DNA of 24,000 nucleotides, taken from assembly GCA_049650345.1 (NCBI GenBank), contig JBARZY010000078.1:47830-71829 (forward strand). Reading direction: 5' to 3'. Each line of letters starts with the position of its first letter. Positions within the stretch are counted from its first letter, which is position 1. Below, in pieces: positions 1 to 9,327 of the stretch. A model generated the notes under the pieces. It made no database searches, was not told where the DNA came from, and saw nothing but the letters and a program-made list of their open reading frames with translations. The translations under genes were made by a program, and so were the position numbers. Source of the stretch: Glaciecola sp. (GTDB lineage: Bacteria > Pseudomonadota > Gammaproteobacteria > Enterobacterales > Alteromonadaceae).

Positions 1-49
1 GGCCAACAATGACGCGTGGCATCAATTTAATCAAAAATTAGTGAACTAA
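1..49 (+). CDS. azoR: 3'-terminal fragment of the FMN-dependent NADH-azoreductase gene (inverted copy), cut by the window edge
   Basis: Frame 2-49 reads ANNDAWHQFNQKLVN followed by a stop. This is identical to the C-terminus of the 13514-14104 CDS and is the mirror of 13514-13562. Confidence 0.7.
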   Translation, partial: ANNDAWHQFNQKLVN

Positions 50-131
50 AGTAGCACGTAAGCACTATATATTATCACTAACGGCGGCAATTTGAATGTG
101 GCTGTTACGTGTTCCTAGTTGAGTGTGATGT

Positions 132-158
132 AAGCCCCGCTGTTAGCGGGGCTTTTTT
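132..158 (+). terminator. Rho-independent terminator hairpin between azoR and the glutathione peroxidase gene (left copy)
   Basis: The stem is aagccccgc / gcggggctt with loop tgtta, followed by T6 on the + strand and preceded by A-rich sequence on the opposite strand. Confidence 0.75.
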
Positions 159-166
159 ATAGTAAC

Positions 167-733
167 TTACTTGCCAGCTTCCACGCTTGCGCCTGATGCC
201 AACGCTTTATTTATATCCACTAAAAAGTCTTCGTCTTGTGGCTTAACGCGACTGCCGTAATGTGTCACTGTTTGGCCGTCTTTACTCATAAGATATTTAT
301 TGAAGTTCCACTTCGGTGTTTTACCAGTAAGTCTTGCCAATTGCGCGTACAACGGATCGACGTCATCGTTACGCACCGAAATAGGTTCAAACATTGGGAA
401 ATTTACGCCATAAGTCAGCTCACATACCTCAGCCGTTTTGGTTTCATCGTCATATTCTTGTGCAAATGAATTTGATGGGAATCCAACCACAACTAAGCCC
501 TTGTCTTTGTAGTCACTGTATAGTTGTTCAAGACCTTCAAACTGCGGCGTAAATCCACACTTACTAGCAGTATTCACAAACAAAACTGCTTTGCCAGCAT
601 AGGCTTCACACATATTAACCACTTCTTGTGAGTTAAGCTTTCGTTTCATATGCTTTAATAAACTAGGGCACTGGTTTGCATAAGATATTGTAGTAGTGCC
701 AAGTAATAGGGCTGCGATTAATAGTCGTTTCAT
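167..733 (-). CDS. Glutathione peroxidase family protein with an N-terminal signal peptide (left copy)
   Basis: It carries the GPx signatures VNTASKCGFT (peroxidatic Cys) and GFPSNSFAQE, plus WNFNKYL. The preferred start is the ATG at 733 (MKRLLIAALLLGTTTISYA, signal-like) rather than the ORF-track start at 766. Confidence 0.85.
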   Translation of the reverse strand: MKRLLIAALLLGTTTISYANQCPSLLKHMKRKLNSQEVVNMCEAYAGKAVLFVNTASKCGFTPQFEGLEQLYSDYKDKGLVVVGFPSNSFAQEYDDETKTAEVCELTYGVNFPMFEPISVRNDDVDPLYAQLARLTGKTPKWNFNKYLMSKDGQTVTHYGSRVKPQDEDFLVDINKALASGASVEAGK

Positions 734-967
734 GTATTTTTCCGTAGAGTTAACGAGTTCAGTCATTAATAATTTGATTTTGGTAGTTTAGATCATTCCG
801 AGCTCTTGATAGTATGACTGCATAAACGCAAATATCAAAGCTGATGCTCGGGTTGATGTTTGTCGTAACAGTACAACACAGGTGCATCGCGTAGTTATCA
901 CACCATTGATACACAAATACGTTGAGGCCATTCAGTTTCTTTACATAACATTAATAAGAAAGAAGAT

Positions 968-3472
968 ATGTCAAAACAACTTAAAATAAGTGCCATCGTG
1001 GCTAGCATATGCTTAGTCGCGGCTTGTAATACCACAAATGCAAGCAAGACTGAGTCAGAAATGGCTACGCCGTATGTAATTAAAAAAGTGACACAACAAA
1101 CAGAAAATCCAACGCCGCAAGTGCTTGCTGATATTCAACTCTCAATTGAACAGATCATGTCAGATCCAGATTGGTTAGGTCGCCAGCCTCAGAGAGCTCG
1201 TTTTTCTCCTTTAGGCGACACAATTACCTATCAACGTAAACGTGAAGGCTCAGTGGTTAATGATTTGTATGCAACGCGTGCAGGAAATGGAAATGGCGAA
1301 GTGGTGCCGTTTGCACAGATGCACGCACTTTCTCATAGTCAATTAATTACTGATAACGATCTTCCGTTTGTTGCTTGGTTATATGAAGGAAACGTGTTTG
1401 TCCAAGACAAAACCAGTAAGGTCATCAAACAACTATCTAAAGATGCATATGCTGCTCGTAATTTAGCTTTTTATGAAAATACTGAACGAGGTATAAGCGG
1501 AGTATCCTTTCAACGTGGCAACAGTTTTTATATTATTGACGTTAACACAGGTGTGCAATCTCAACTGTTTGCGTGGCAATTTGCAGAAGCGCCCAAAGGG
1601 CTCACGCCACCGGCAGACTATATTGCCGATCAACAGCAACAATTAATTAAATACGTTCAAGTGCAACGCAATAATCGTCAAGCAAGGTTTGATTATGAGC
1701 AACAAAAACAGGGCGCTGACAACACTATTATGGCAACGCAGTTGTATTTTAATAAAGGATATGAAACCGTATTTGCCAGTGTGTCGCCAAATGGTAACTA
1801 CGCCATAATTGCCACACGTGAAGATAAGCCAACGCGCAGCGAAAACGATATTATGCCCGATTACATCGAAGAAAATGGTCGTATTAAATCGCAATCTGTT
1901 CGCAAGCGTGTAGCAGATGCTGAGCCCGAGTCGCATCAGCTTTATTTTGTAGATGTTAACAAGGGCTCATACACGCCTTTAAGTTACGCATCGTTACCGG
2001 GCTACAACGAAGATGTATTAGCACAGGTAAAACAAGAAAATGCTAAGGCAAAAGGCGAGACGTATACGGTGAACCGTTTGCCCCGGGATATTGGCTTAAT
2101 GTACTACGGCTATGCAACCGAGCCTCCTATTAAATGGCACGATTCAAGCACATATGTAGCGCTAATGATTGAGGCATGGGATAACAAAGACCGTTGGATA
2201 GTAAGTGTTGACGTAAATAACCCTGCTTTAACTAACCAACATAGACTGCATGACAGTGCATGGGTTAACTATCGTTACAATCAGTTTGGTTGGTTTAATG
2301 ATCAAGCGCGCTTATATTTACTCAGCGAAGAGTCTGGCTATTCGCATCTGTACAGCAAAGCATTAAATGGCAAATTGACGCCAATTACCCAAGGTCGCTT
2401 TGTGGTAAATGACGTTGTACTGAGTCAAGATGACGCCAAATTTTATTATAAAGCTAATGTGAAACACCCAGGCATTTACGAAATATATCAGGTGTCTTCA
2501 ACAGGTGGCGATGCAACGGCACTGACTGATTTAAATGGCATGACCGATTTTGTATTAAGCCCAAATGAAAAAGAATTACTGCTAACTCACTCATCGTTGG
2601 CGATGCCACCAGAATTATATACCCTAGATTTAAACACTAACGCGCCGCCGACACAGCTCACCAACACCGTTAGCGATGCATTTTTATCAATTGATTGGAC
2701 TGTACCCACCATTGTGCCCATTGCATCGAGCCATACTGAACAACCTATTTATTCAAGGGTTTACACGCCTTCAGCCACTAGCACTGAAAAACAAAAAGCT
2801 GTGGTATTTACTCACGGTGCGGGCTATTTACAAAATGCACATTTAGGTTGGTCTGGTTATTTCAGAGAATTTATGTTCCATAGCTTCTTAGTGAGTAAAG
2901 GCTATGTTGTACTTGATATGGATTACCGAGCTTCTGCAGGCTATGGTCGCGATTGGCGCACCGCCATTTATCGACAAATGGGCACCCCAGAAGTAGAGGA
3001 TTTGAAAGACGGCGTAAATTGGCTAGTTAATAATGCGAATGTTGATGCAAAGCGTGTGGGCACTTATGGTGGATCGTATGGTGGCTTTTTAACCTTTATG
3101 TCGTTGTTCACCGAGCCTGATTTATTTCAAGCAGGTGCGGCAATACGCCCGGTATCTGATTGGGCGCACTATAACGTTCCGTATACTTCAAACATACTCA
3201 ATACGCCTGATGTTGACCCTATTGCATACGAGCGCAGTTCGCCCATATATTTTGCTGAAGGTTTAACCAAGCCATTGTTAATCAACGCGCCCATGGTTGA
3301 CGATAACGTATTTTTTGTAGATGTAGTTAGGTTAGTACAACGTCTTATTGAGCTTGAAAAACCGCATTTTGAAACCGCGATTTACCCAGTAGAGCCACAT
3401 GGTTTTGTACAGCCAAGTTCGTGGCTAGATGAATACAGACGTATATTTAAATTATTTGAAGAAAATTTATAA
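968..3472 (+). CDS. S9 family (prolyl oligopeptidase / dipeptidyl peptidase-like) serine peptidase, predicted lipoprotein (left copy)
   Basis: The protein is 834 aa. The N-terminus ends in the lipobox LVAAC. The C-terminal alpha/beta-hydrolase domain has a GGSYGG nucleophile elbow, DDNV (candidate Asp) and EPHGF (candidate His). A long N-terminal beta-propeller-like region precedes it. Confidence 0.85.
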   Translation: MSKQLKISAIVASICLVAACNTTNASKTESEMATPYVIKKVTQQTENPTPQVLADIQLSIEQIMSDPDWLGRQPQRARFSPLGDTITYQRKREGSVVNDLYATRAGNGNGEVVPFAQMHALSHSQLITDNDLPFVAWLYEGNVFVQDKTSKVIKQLSKDAYAARNLAFYENTERGISGVSFQRGNSFYIIDVNTGVQSQLFAWQFAEAPKGLTPPADYIADQQQQLIKYVQVQRNNRQARFDYEQQKQGADNTIMATQLYFNKGYETVFASVSPNGNYAIIATREDKPTRSENDIMPDYIEENGRIKSQSVRKRVADAEPESHQLYFVDVNKGSYTPLSYASLPGYNEDVLAQVKQENAKAKGETYTVNRLPRDIGLMYYGYATEPPIKWHDSSTYVALMIEAWDNKDRWIVSVDVNNPALTNQHRLHDSAWVNYRYNQFGWFNDQARLYLLSEESGYSHLYSKALNGKLTPITQGRFVVNDVVLSQDDAKFYYKANVKHPGIYEIYQVSSTGGDATALTDLNGMTDFVLSPNEKELLLTHSSLAMPPELYTLDLNTNAPPTQLTNTVSDAFLSIDWTVPTIVPIASSHTEQPIYSRVYTPSATSTEKQKAVVFTHGAGYLQNAHLGWSGYFREFMFHSFLVSKGYVVLDMDYRASAGYGRDWRTAIYRQMGTPEVEDLKDGVNWLVNNANVDAKRVGTYGGSYGGFLTFMSLFTEPDLFQAGAAIRPVSDWAHYNVPYTSNILNTPDVDPIAYERSSPIYFAEGLTKPLLINAPMVDDNVFFVDVVRLVQRLIELEKPHFETAIYPVEPHGFVQPSSWLDEYRRIFKLFEENL

Positions 3473-3482
3473 AAAACGTCAC

Positions 3483-3511
3483 AAAAAACGCAGTGTATAC
3501 TGCGTTTTTTT
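3483..3511. terminator. Bidirectional rho-independent terminator between the convergent peptidase and rhomboid genes (left copy)
   Basis: The structure is A6, cgcagt, loop gtat, actgcg, T7. The symmetric A and T runs would allow termination on both strands. Confidence 0.8.
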
Positions 3512-3518
3512 ATGGGCA

Positions 3519-4115
3519 TTAGATGGTTGATGGTTTATGTAACCTAACACTAGGTAGCAAAACACCCAACATTATGCCCGCAGTGGCACCGTATAAATGC
3601 GCATCAATCGCCACGGAGGCACCGATTAAATTAGCCATAAAATCGTTAGTGCTGAAGAAGCGCTCGTCAATTAGTTTAATGATTAGGCCTGCCAATAACA
3701 AATATGCGCTAACACGCTTGTGTTTGAAATCTTGTATTATGCCCCATGCAAACACACCATGTAACACACCCGACAAACCCACATACGCATTTAAATGAGG
3801 GCTTGCTAGCCACACCAATATCGACACAAATAAACTAGTAATCACAAAAACTGCTAAATAATTGCGCGCACGGTAATACTCGCCGTGCAATAACCATAAT
3901 AAAAATAGGCCTGCTAGATTGACAGCCAAATGATACGTATTAGTGTGCAAAAAGTGCGCGCTTAACAATCGCCACCATTGATGTTGTGCAATACCTTGTC
4001 GTGTGAAGTCTAGGTATTCTGTAACATAAGTGGGCAGGGTATATGCCACCAAACTTAATACCGCCACCACTATAATAGGTATAAATTGTGATGATTTTGT
4101 TGGCAAGTCGCCCAT
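3519..4115 (-). CDS. Rhomboid family intramembrane serine protease, short 6-TM form, possibly rhombosortase (RrtA-like) (left copy)
   Basis: The protein is 198 aa and polytopic. It has WRLLSAHFLHTNTYHLAVNL (the rhomboid WR/H..H..N block), GLSGVLHG (GxSG catalytic Ser) and AHLYGATAG (catalytic His). The small size and lack of extra domains fit rhombosortase. Confidence 0.8.
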   Translation of the reverse strand: MGDLPTKSSQFIPIIVVAVLSLVAYTLPTYVTEYLDFTRQGIAQHQWWRLLSAHFLHTNTYHLAVNLAGLFLLWLLHGEYYRARNYLAVFVITSLFVSILVWLASPHLNAYVGLSGVLHGVFAWGIIQDFKHKRVSAYLLLAGLIIKLIDERFFSTNDFMANLIGASVAIDAHLYGATAGIMLGVLLPSVRLHKPSTI

Positions 4116-4235
4116 TAAATCGCCTTACTTTGTTCGGTTATAGATATATCTAAATATATAAAACAATAGTTTAGCTTTATTTACGTCTTGGGGTTAAGTA
4201 AAATTCGAGTATTCTTTAAGCATTTTCGAGTTAGC

Positions 4236-4994
4236 ATGATCAAGCAATCCCTACATAATCATATTTTGACTATTTCTATTAGCCGTATAGAAAAGAAAAA
4301 TGCACTCATTCCTGCAATGTATGATGACATGGCTCAAGCGATACTCGATGCCCCAAAAAACCAAGCAAAGGTTATTATTATAAAGGGTGAGGGCGGTATA
4401 TTCACGGCAGGTAATGATGTGGGTGAGTTTATAAAATCGGCAGAGCAAGACAATAAAGAGGTCAACGAAACGTACCGGTTTATGCAAGCTTTGTTGCACT
4501 GTAAGTTACCAGTTATTGCGCAAGTAGAAGGCTTAGCAATCGGCATCGGTTCTACCTTATTGTTGCATTGTGATTTTGTTTTAAGCGATGCTAATACAAA
4601 ATTTGCTATGCCTTTCATTAATTTAGGATTGGTCCCTGAATACGCATCCAGCTATATTGTTCCCAGAGTTGCGGGAAGGCTAAAGGCGGCTGAGCTCTTG
4701 ATGTTAGGAGAGGTTTTTTCTGCGCAAATGGCGCAAGAGTGTGGGTTTGTTTCTCGTATTTACAAAGAGAACTTGTCCGAGCAGGTATGGGATTTAGCAT
4801 GTAAACTGGCGTCGAAACCTGCCGCTGCCTTACAGCAAACCAAAGCCTTACTACAGCCAAATATTGACGACATAGCACAACATATCGACACTGAGTTAAG
4901 CGTATTTGTAAGCGCGATGCAAAGCGAACAAGCAAAAGAAGCATTCAATGCATTTATAGAAAAACGGGCGGTAAATAATGAAGTGTTTAAATAG
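4236..4994 (+). CDS. Enoyl-CoA hydratase/isomerase (crotonase) family protein (left copy)
   Basis: The crotonase fold is indicated by ISRIEKKNAL, GEGGIFTAGNDV and VAQVEGLAIGIGSTLLLHCDF (oxyanion-hole region). The preferred start is the ATG at 4236 (MIKQSL...) rather than the TTG at 4188. Confidence 0.85.
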   Translation: MIKQSLHNHILTISISRIEKKNALIPAMYDDMAQAILDAPKNQAKVIIIKGEGGIFTAGNDVGEFIKSAEQDNKEVNETYRFMQALLHCKLPVIAQVEGLAIGIGSTLLLHCDFVLSDANTKFAMPFINLGLVPEYASSYIVPRVAGRLKAAELLMLGEVFSAQMAQECGFVSRIYKENLSEQVWDLACKLASKPAAALQQTKALLQPNIDDIAQHIDTELSVFVSAMQSEQAKEAFNAFIEKRAVNNEVFK

Positions 4995-6750
4995 GCCAGC
5001 TAGTAAGCTGTTTAGCTGCGCAGTGGCGTTGGGTTTGGGTCTACTTGGCGCATCAGTTTATGCACAAAGCAGCAAAAACCTTGAGGATAGAGAGCCAGAA
5101 GCTGCAACAGGTGTTCAGCAAAAAGCGTTCGATAGCACTAACAATTACATGGTAGTTGCAGCAAACCCTTATGCAGCATGGGCGGGTAAACAAATCATAG
5201 AGCAGGGTGGCAGTGCAATAGATGCTGCGGTAGCTATTCAAGCAATGTTAACCTTGGTTGAACCACAATCATCAGGTATTGGTGGCGGTGCTTTTATTAT
5301 GTATTGGGACAACACCAAACAAAAGTTGCACACCTTTGATGGCCGCGAAACAGCACCAAAAGCCAGCAACCCTTATATATTTTTGGAAAACGGCGAGCCA
5401 ATGGCGTGGCGTGATGCCGTTGTAGGCGGTAAATCGGTTGGCGTACCAGGTGTATTGAGAGCACTTGATATGGCACATAAAAAGTTTGGTAACTTAGCGT
5501 GGAAAGACCTTTTCACTGACACCATTAAGCAATCACGAGAAGGTTTTGTGGTATCTGAGCGCTTAGCGAAATTGATTGCACTTGATTATCACCCCGGTTT
5601 AAATAAATTCACCTCTGCCAGTAATTACTTCAAACCTAATGGGGTTGGGTTAAAAGCCGGCACTTTACAGAAAAATCCTCTATTAGCGACTACTCTGCAA
5701 AAAATAGCCTTAGGTGGTGCTGATGCATTCTATACGGGTAGTATTCCTGAAAACATTGCGAAAACCGTGCGTACAGCATCTGTCAACCCAGGCCTGCTTA
5801 GCGCTGACGATTTTGCGAATTATCGCGCAATTGAGCGAAGACCTATGTGTAATCCTTATCGAGCATATAAAATATGTGGTATGGCGCCGCCTAGCTCTGG
5901 GGGCGTATCGGTGTATAAAATTCTAAAATCGCTAGAACGTTTTGAATTATCAAAGTACACCCACAATAGCGTAGAATTCGCACATTTATTCACGCAATCG
6001 AGTGCCTTGGCATTTGCCGATAGAGCCCATTATATAGCCGATTTAGACTACTTAGATATGTCTGTGGTTCCGCTAGTGAATCCAGGTTATATTCGCAGGC
6101 GAGCTGCAGACATCAGTTTAGCTGTGCCTTTTGAAAAGGCATCAGCTGGTAAACCTTATGCAAGCATGCAGTTTGGCAAAGATAACGCTTATGAACGCAT
6201 GAGCACGAGTCACATATCCATTGTTGATAAACAAGGCAATGCGGTATCCATGACATCAAGCATTGAGTTTATGTTTGGCTCAGGTTTAATGGTGGAAGGG
6301 TTTTTGTTAAACAACCAATTAACCGATTTTTCGCTTAATCCCATGCGCGATAACACGCCAGTGCTTAATAGGGTGCAACCTGACAAGCGTCCTCGCAGCG
6401 CAATGAGCCCAACTATGGTGTTTGATGACAGTGGTAAATTACATTTGGTCGTGGGTTCGCCTGGCGGAAGTCGTATCATTAATTATGTGGCACAGACAAT
6501 TTTTAATGTACTTGATTTTGGTCTAGATATTCAAACAGCGATATCTGCCCCGCGTATCTCAAACCGAAATGGCGCGACCACCTTAGAGGCCAATACCAGT
6601 ATTACAAGGTTAAAATCGGAACTTGAAAATAAAGGGCATGAGATCAACGTTAGAAATTTGAATAGCGGACTGCATGGGATTCAGATTATTGATGGCGTAT
6701 TGCATGGAGGCGCTGATCCCCGTCGTGAAGGCGTTGCTGTAGGACAATAA
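4978..6750 (+). CDS. ggt: Gamma-glutamyltransferase (periplasmic, autoprocessing Ntn hydrolase) (left copy)
   Basis: The protein is 590 aa with a signal peptide (...LGLLGASVYAQ). The motif MS|TSHISIVD contains the nucleophile Thr (compare E. coli TTHYSVVD). It also has GSPGGSRII and SSGIGGGAF. It overlaps the upstream crotonase gene by 17 nt. Confidence 0.92.
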   Translation: MKCLNRPASKLFSCAVALGLGLLGASVYAQSSKNLEDREPEAATGVQQKAFDSTNNYMVVAANPYAAWAGKQIIEQGGSAIDAAVAIQAMLTLVEPQSSGIGGGAFIMYWDNTKQKLHTFDGRETAPKASNPYIFLENGEPMAWRDAVVGGKSVGVPGVLRALDMAHKKFGNLAWKDLFTDTIKQSREGFVVSERLAKLIALDYHPGLNKFTSASNYFKPNGVGLKAGTLQKNPLLATTLQKIALGGADAFYTGSIPENIAKTVRTASVNPGLLSADDFANYRAIERRPMCNPYRAYKICGMAPPSSGGVSVYKILKSLERFELSKYTHNSVEFAHLFTQSSALAFADRAHYIADLDYLDMSVVPLVNPGYIRRRAADISLAVPFEKASAGKPYASMQFGKDNAYERMSTSHISIVDKQGNAVSMTSSIEFMFGSGLMVEGFLLNNQLTDFSLNPMRDNTPVLNRVQPDKRPRSAMSPTMVFDDSGKLHLVVGSPGGSRIINYVAQTIFNVLDFGLDIQTAISAPRISNRNGATTLEANTSITRLKSELENKGHEINVRNLNSGLHGIQIIDGVLHGGADPRREGVAVGQ

Positions 6751-6767
6751 GATATCAATTGCGTATT

Positions 6768-6795
6768 AAAAAAGGGAGCAATTGCTCCCTTTTTT
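6768..6795. terminator. ggt intrinsic terminator hairpin, which is also the symmetry axis of the 13.5-kb palindrome
   Basis: The structure is A6 (6768-6773), gggagc (6774-6779), loop aatt (6780-6783), gctccc (6784-6789), T6 (6790-6795). The axis falls between 6781 and 6782, in the middle of the loop. Confidence 0.85.
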
Positions 6796-6812
6796 AATAC
6801 GCAATTGATATC

Positions 6813-8585
6813 TTATTGTCCTACAGCAACGCCTTCACGACGGGGATCAGCGCCTCCATGCAATACGCCATCAATAATCTGAATCCCATGCAGTCCGCTA
6901 TTCAAATTTCTAACGTTGATCTCATGCCCTTTATTTTCAAGTTCCGATTTTAACCTTGTAATACTGGTATTGGCCTCTAAGGTGGTCGCGCCATTTCGGT
7001 TTGAGATACGCGGGGCAGATATCGCTGTTTGAATATCTAGACCAAAATCAAGTACATTAAAAATTGTCTGTGCCACATAATTAATGATACGACTTCCGCC
7101 AGGCGAACCCACGACCAAATGTAATTTACCACTGTCATCAAACACCATAGTTGGGCTCATTGCGCTGCGAGGACGCTTGTCAGGTTGCACCCTATTAAGC
7201 ACTGGCGTGTTATCGCGCATGGGATTAAGCGAAAAATCGGTTAATTGGTTGTTTAACAAAAACCCTTCCACCATTAAACCTGAGCCAAACATAAACTCAA
7301 TGCTTGATGTCATGGATACCGCATTGCCTTGTTTATCAACAATGGATATGTGACTCGTGCTCATGCGTTCATAAGCGTTATCTTTGCCAAACTGCATGCT
7401 TGCATAAGGTTTACCAGCTGATGCCTTTTCAAAAGGCACAGCTAAACTGATGTCTGCAGCTCGCCTGCGAATATAACCTGGATTCACTAGCGGAACCACA
7501 GACATATCTAAGTAGTCTAAATCGGCTATATAATGGGCTCTATCGGCAAATGCCAAGGCACTCGATTGCGTGAATAAATGTGCGAATTCTACGCTATTGT
7601 GGGTGTACTTTGATAATTCAAAACGTTCTAGCGATTTTAGAATTTTATACACCGATACGCCCCCAGAGCTAGGCGGCGCCATACCACATATTTTATATGC
7701 TCGATAAGGATTACACATAGGTCTTCGCTCAATTGCGCGATAATTCGCAAAATCGTCAGCGCTAAGCAGGCCTGGGTTGACAGATGCTGTACGCACGGTT
7801 TTCGCAATGTTTTCAGGAATACTACCCGTATAGAATGCATCAGCACCACCTAAGGCTATTTTTTGCAGAGTAGTCGCTAATAGAGGATTTTTCTGTAAAG
7901 TGCCGGCTTTTAACCCAACCCCATTAGGTTTGAAGTAATTACTGGCAGAGGTGAATTTATTTAAACCGGGGTGATAATCAAGTGCAATCAATTTCGCTAA
8001 GCGCTCAGATACCACAAAACCTTCTCGTGATTGCTTAATGGTGTCAGTGAAAAGGTCTTTCCACGCTAAGTTACCAAACTTTTTATGTGCCATATCAAGT
8101 GCTCTCAATACACCTGGTACGCCAACCGATTTACCGCCTACAACGGCATCACGCCACGCCATTGGCTCGCCGTTTTCCAAAAATATATAAGGGTTGCTGG
8201 CTTTTGGTGCTGTTTCGCGGCCATCAAAGGTGTGCAACTTTTGTTTGGTGTTGTCCCAATACATAATAAAAGCACCGCCACCAATACCTGATGATTGTGG
8301 TTCAACCAAGGTTAACATTGCTTGAATAGCTACCGCAGCATCTATTGCACTGCCACCCTGCTCTATGATTTGTTTACCCGCCCATGCTGCATAAGGGTTT
8401 GCTGCAACTACCATGTAATTGTTAGTGCTATCGAACGCTTTTTGCTGAACACCTGTTGCAGCTTCTGGCTCTCTATCCTCAAGGTTTTTGCTGCTTTGTG
8501 CATAAACTGATGCGCCAAGTAGACCCAAACCCAACGCCACTGCGCAGCTAAACAGCTTACTAGCTGGCCTATTTAAACACTTCAT
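6813..8585 (-). CDS. ggt: Gamma-glutamyltransferase (right copy, identical)
   Basis: The 590-aa translation is identical to that of 4978-6750. Confidence 0.92.
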   Translation of the reverse strand: MKCLNRPASKLFSCAVALGLGLLGASVYAQSSKNLEDREPEAATGVQQKAFDSTNNYMVVAANPYAAWAGKQIIEQGGSAIDAAVAIQAMLTLVEPQSSGIGGGAFIMYWDNTKQKLHTFDGRETAPKASNPYIFLENGEPMAWRDAVVGGKSVGVPGVLRALDMAHKKFGNLAWKDLFTDTIKQSREGFVVSERLAKLIALDYHPGLNKFTSASNYFKPNGVGLKAGTLQKNPLLATTLQKIALGGADAFYTGSIPENIAKTVRTASVNPGLLSADDFANYRAIERRPMCNPYRAYKICGMAPPSSGGVSVYKILKSLERFELSKYTHNSVEFAHLFTQSSALAFADRAHYIADLDYLDMSVVPLVNPGYIRRRAADISLAVPFEKASAGKPYASMQFGKDNAYERMSTSHISIVDKQGNAVSMTSSIEFMFGSGLMVEGFLLNNQLTDFSLNPMRDNTPVLNRVQPDKRPRSAMSPTMVFDDSGKLHLVVGSPGGSRIINYVAQTIFNVLDFGLDIQTAISAPRISNRNGATTLEANTSITRLKSELENKGHEINVRNLNSGLHGIQIIDGVLHGGADPRREGVAVGQ

Positions 8586-9327
8586 TATTTACCGCCCGTT
8601 TTTCTATAAATGCATTGAATGCTTCTTTTGCTTGTTCGCTTTGCATCGCGCTTACAAATACGCTTAACTCAGTGTCGATATGTTGTGCTATGTCGTCAAT
8701 ATTTGGCTGTAGTAAGGCTTTGGTTTGCTGTAAGGCAGCGGCAGGTTTCGACGCCAGTTTACATGCTAAATCCCATACCTGCTCGGACAAGTTCTCTTTG
8801 TAAATACGAGAAACAAACCCACACTCTTGCGCCATTTGCGCAGAAAAAACCTCTCCTAACATCAAGAGCTCAGCCGCCTTTAGCCTTCCCGCAACTCTGG
8901 GAACAATATAGCTGGATGCGTATTCAGGGACCAATCCTAAATTAATGAAAGGCATAGCAAATTTTGTATTAGCATCGCTTAAAACAAAATCACAATGCAA
9001 CAATAAGGTAGAACCGATGCCGATTGCTAAGCCTTCTACTTGCGCAATAACTGGTAACTTACAGTGCAACAAAGCTTGCATAAACCGGTACGTTTCGTTG
9101 ACCTCTTTATTGTCTTGCTCTGCCGATTTTATAAACTCACCCACATCATTACCTGCCGTGAATATACCGCCCTCACCCTTTATAATAATAACCTTTGCTT
9201 GGTTTTTTGGGGCATCGAGTATCGCTTGAGCCATGTCATCATACATTGCAGGAATGAGTGCATTTTTCTTTTCTATACGGCTAATAGAAATAGTCAAAAT
9301 ATGATTATGTAGGGATTGCTTGATCAT
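8569..9327 (-). CDS. Enoyl-CoA hydratase/isomerase family protein (right copy, identical)
   Basis: This is the mirror of 4236-4994, with the ATG at 9327. Confidence 0.85.
   Translation of the reverse strand: MIKQSLHNHILTISISRIEKKNALIPAMYDDMAQAILDAPKNQAKVIIIKGEGGIFTAGNDVGEFIKSAEQDNKEVNETYRFMQALLHCKLPVIAQVEGLAIGIGSTLLLHCDFVLSDANTKFAMPFINLGLVPEYASSYIVPRVAGRLKAAELLMLGEVFSAQMAQECGFVSRIYKENLSEQVWDLACKLASKPAAALQQTKALLQPNIDDIAQHIDTELSVFVSAMQSEQAKEAFNAFIEKRAVNNEVFK

Larger units (their letters stand above)
1..6781. repeat. Left arm of a perfect spacer-less inverted duplication. It is the reverse complement of 6782-13562 and is truncated by the window start.
   Basis: Every track ORF in 1-6781, in all frames and including antisense shadow ORFs, has a twin with an identical translation at 13563-x. 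I checked nucleotide reverse-complement identity by eye at 1-60 vs 13503-13562, 781-840 vs 12723-12782, 3483-3511 vs 10052-10080 and across 6751-6812. I did not verify every base. Confidence 0.93.

Noticed and set aside
6751-6812. Hairpin telomere or protelomerase target site of a linear replicon. Reading through a covalently closed end would also produce a perfect palindrome.
   Set aside because: The axis sequence looks like an ordinary GC-stem and T-tract terminator directly after a housekeeping gene. No protelomerase, partition or phage-plasmid genes are in the window. This cannot be formally excluded without the whole replicon, so it is kept only as a low-probability alternative.
6751-6812. 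Site-specific invertible switch (phase variation) at the centre
   Set aside because: An invertible segment needs two separated inverted repeats flanking a unique segment, plus a recombinase. Here the repeats are the whole 6.8-kb arms with no spacer and no recombinase gene.
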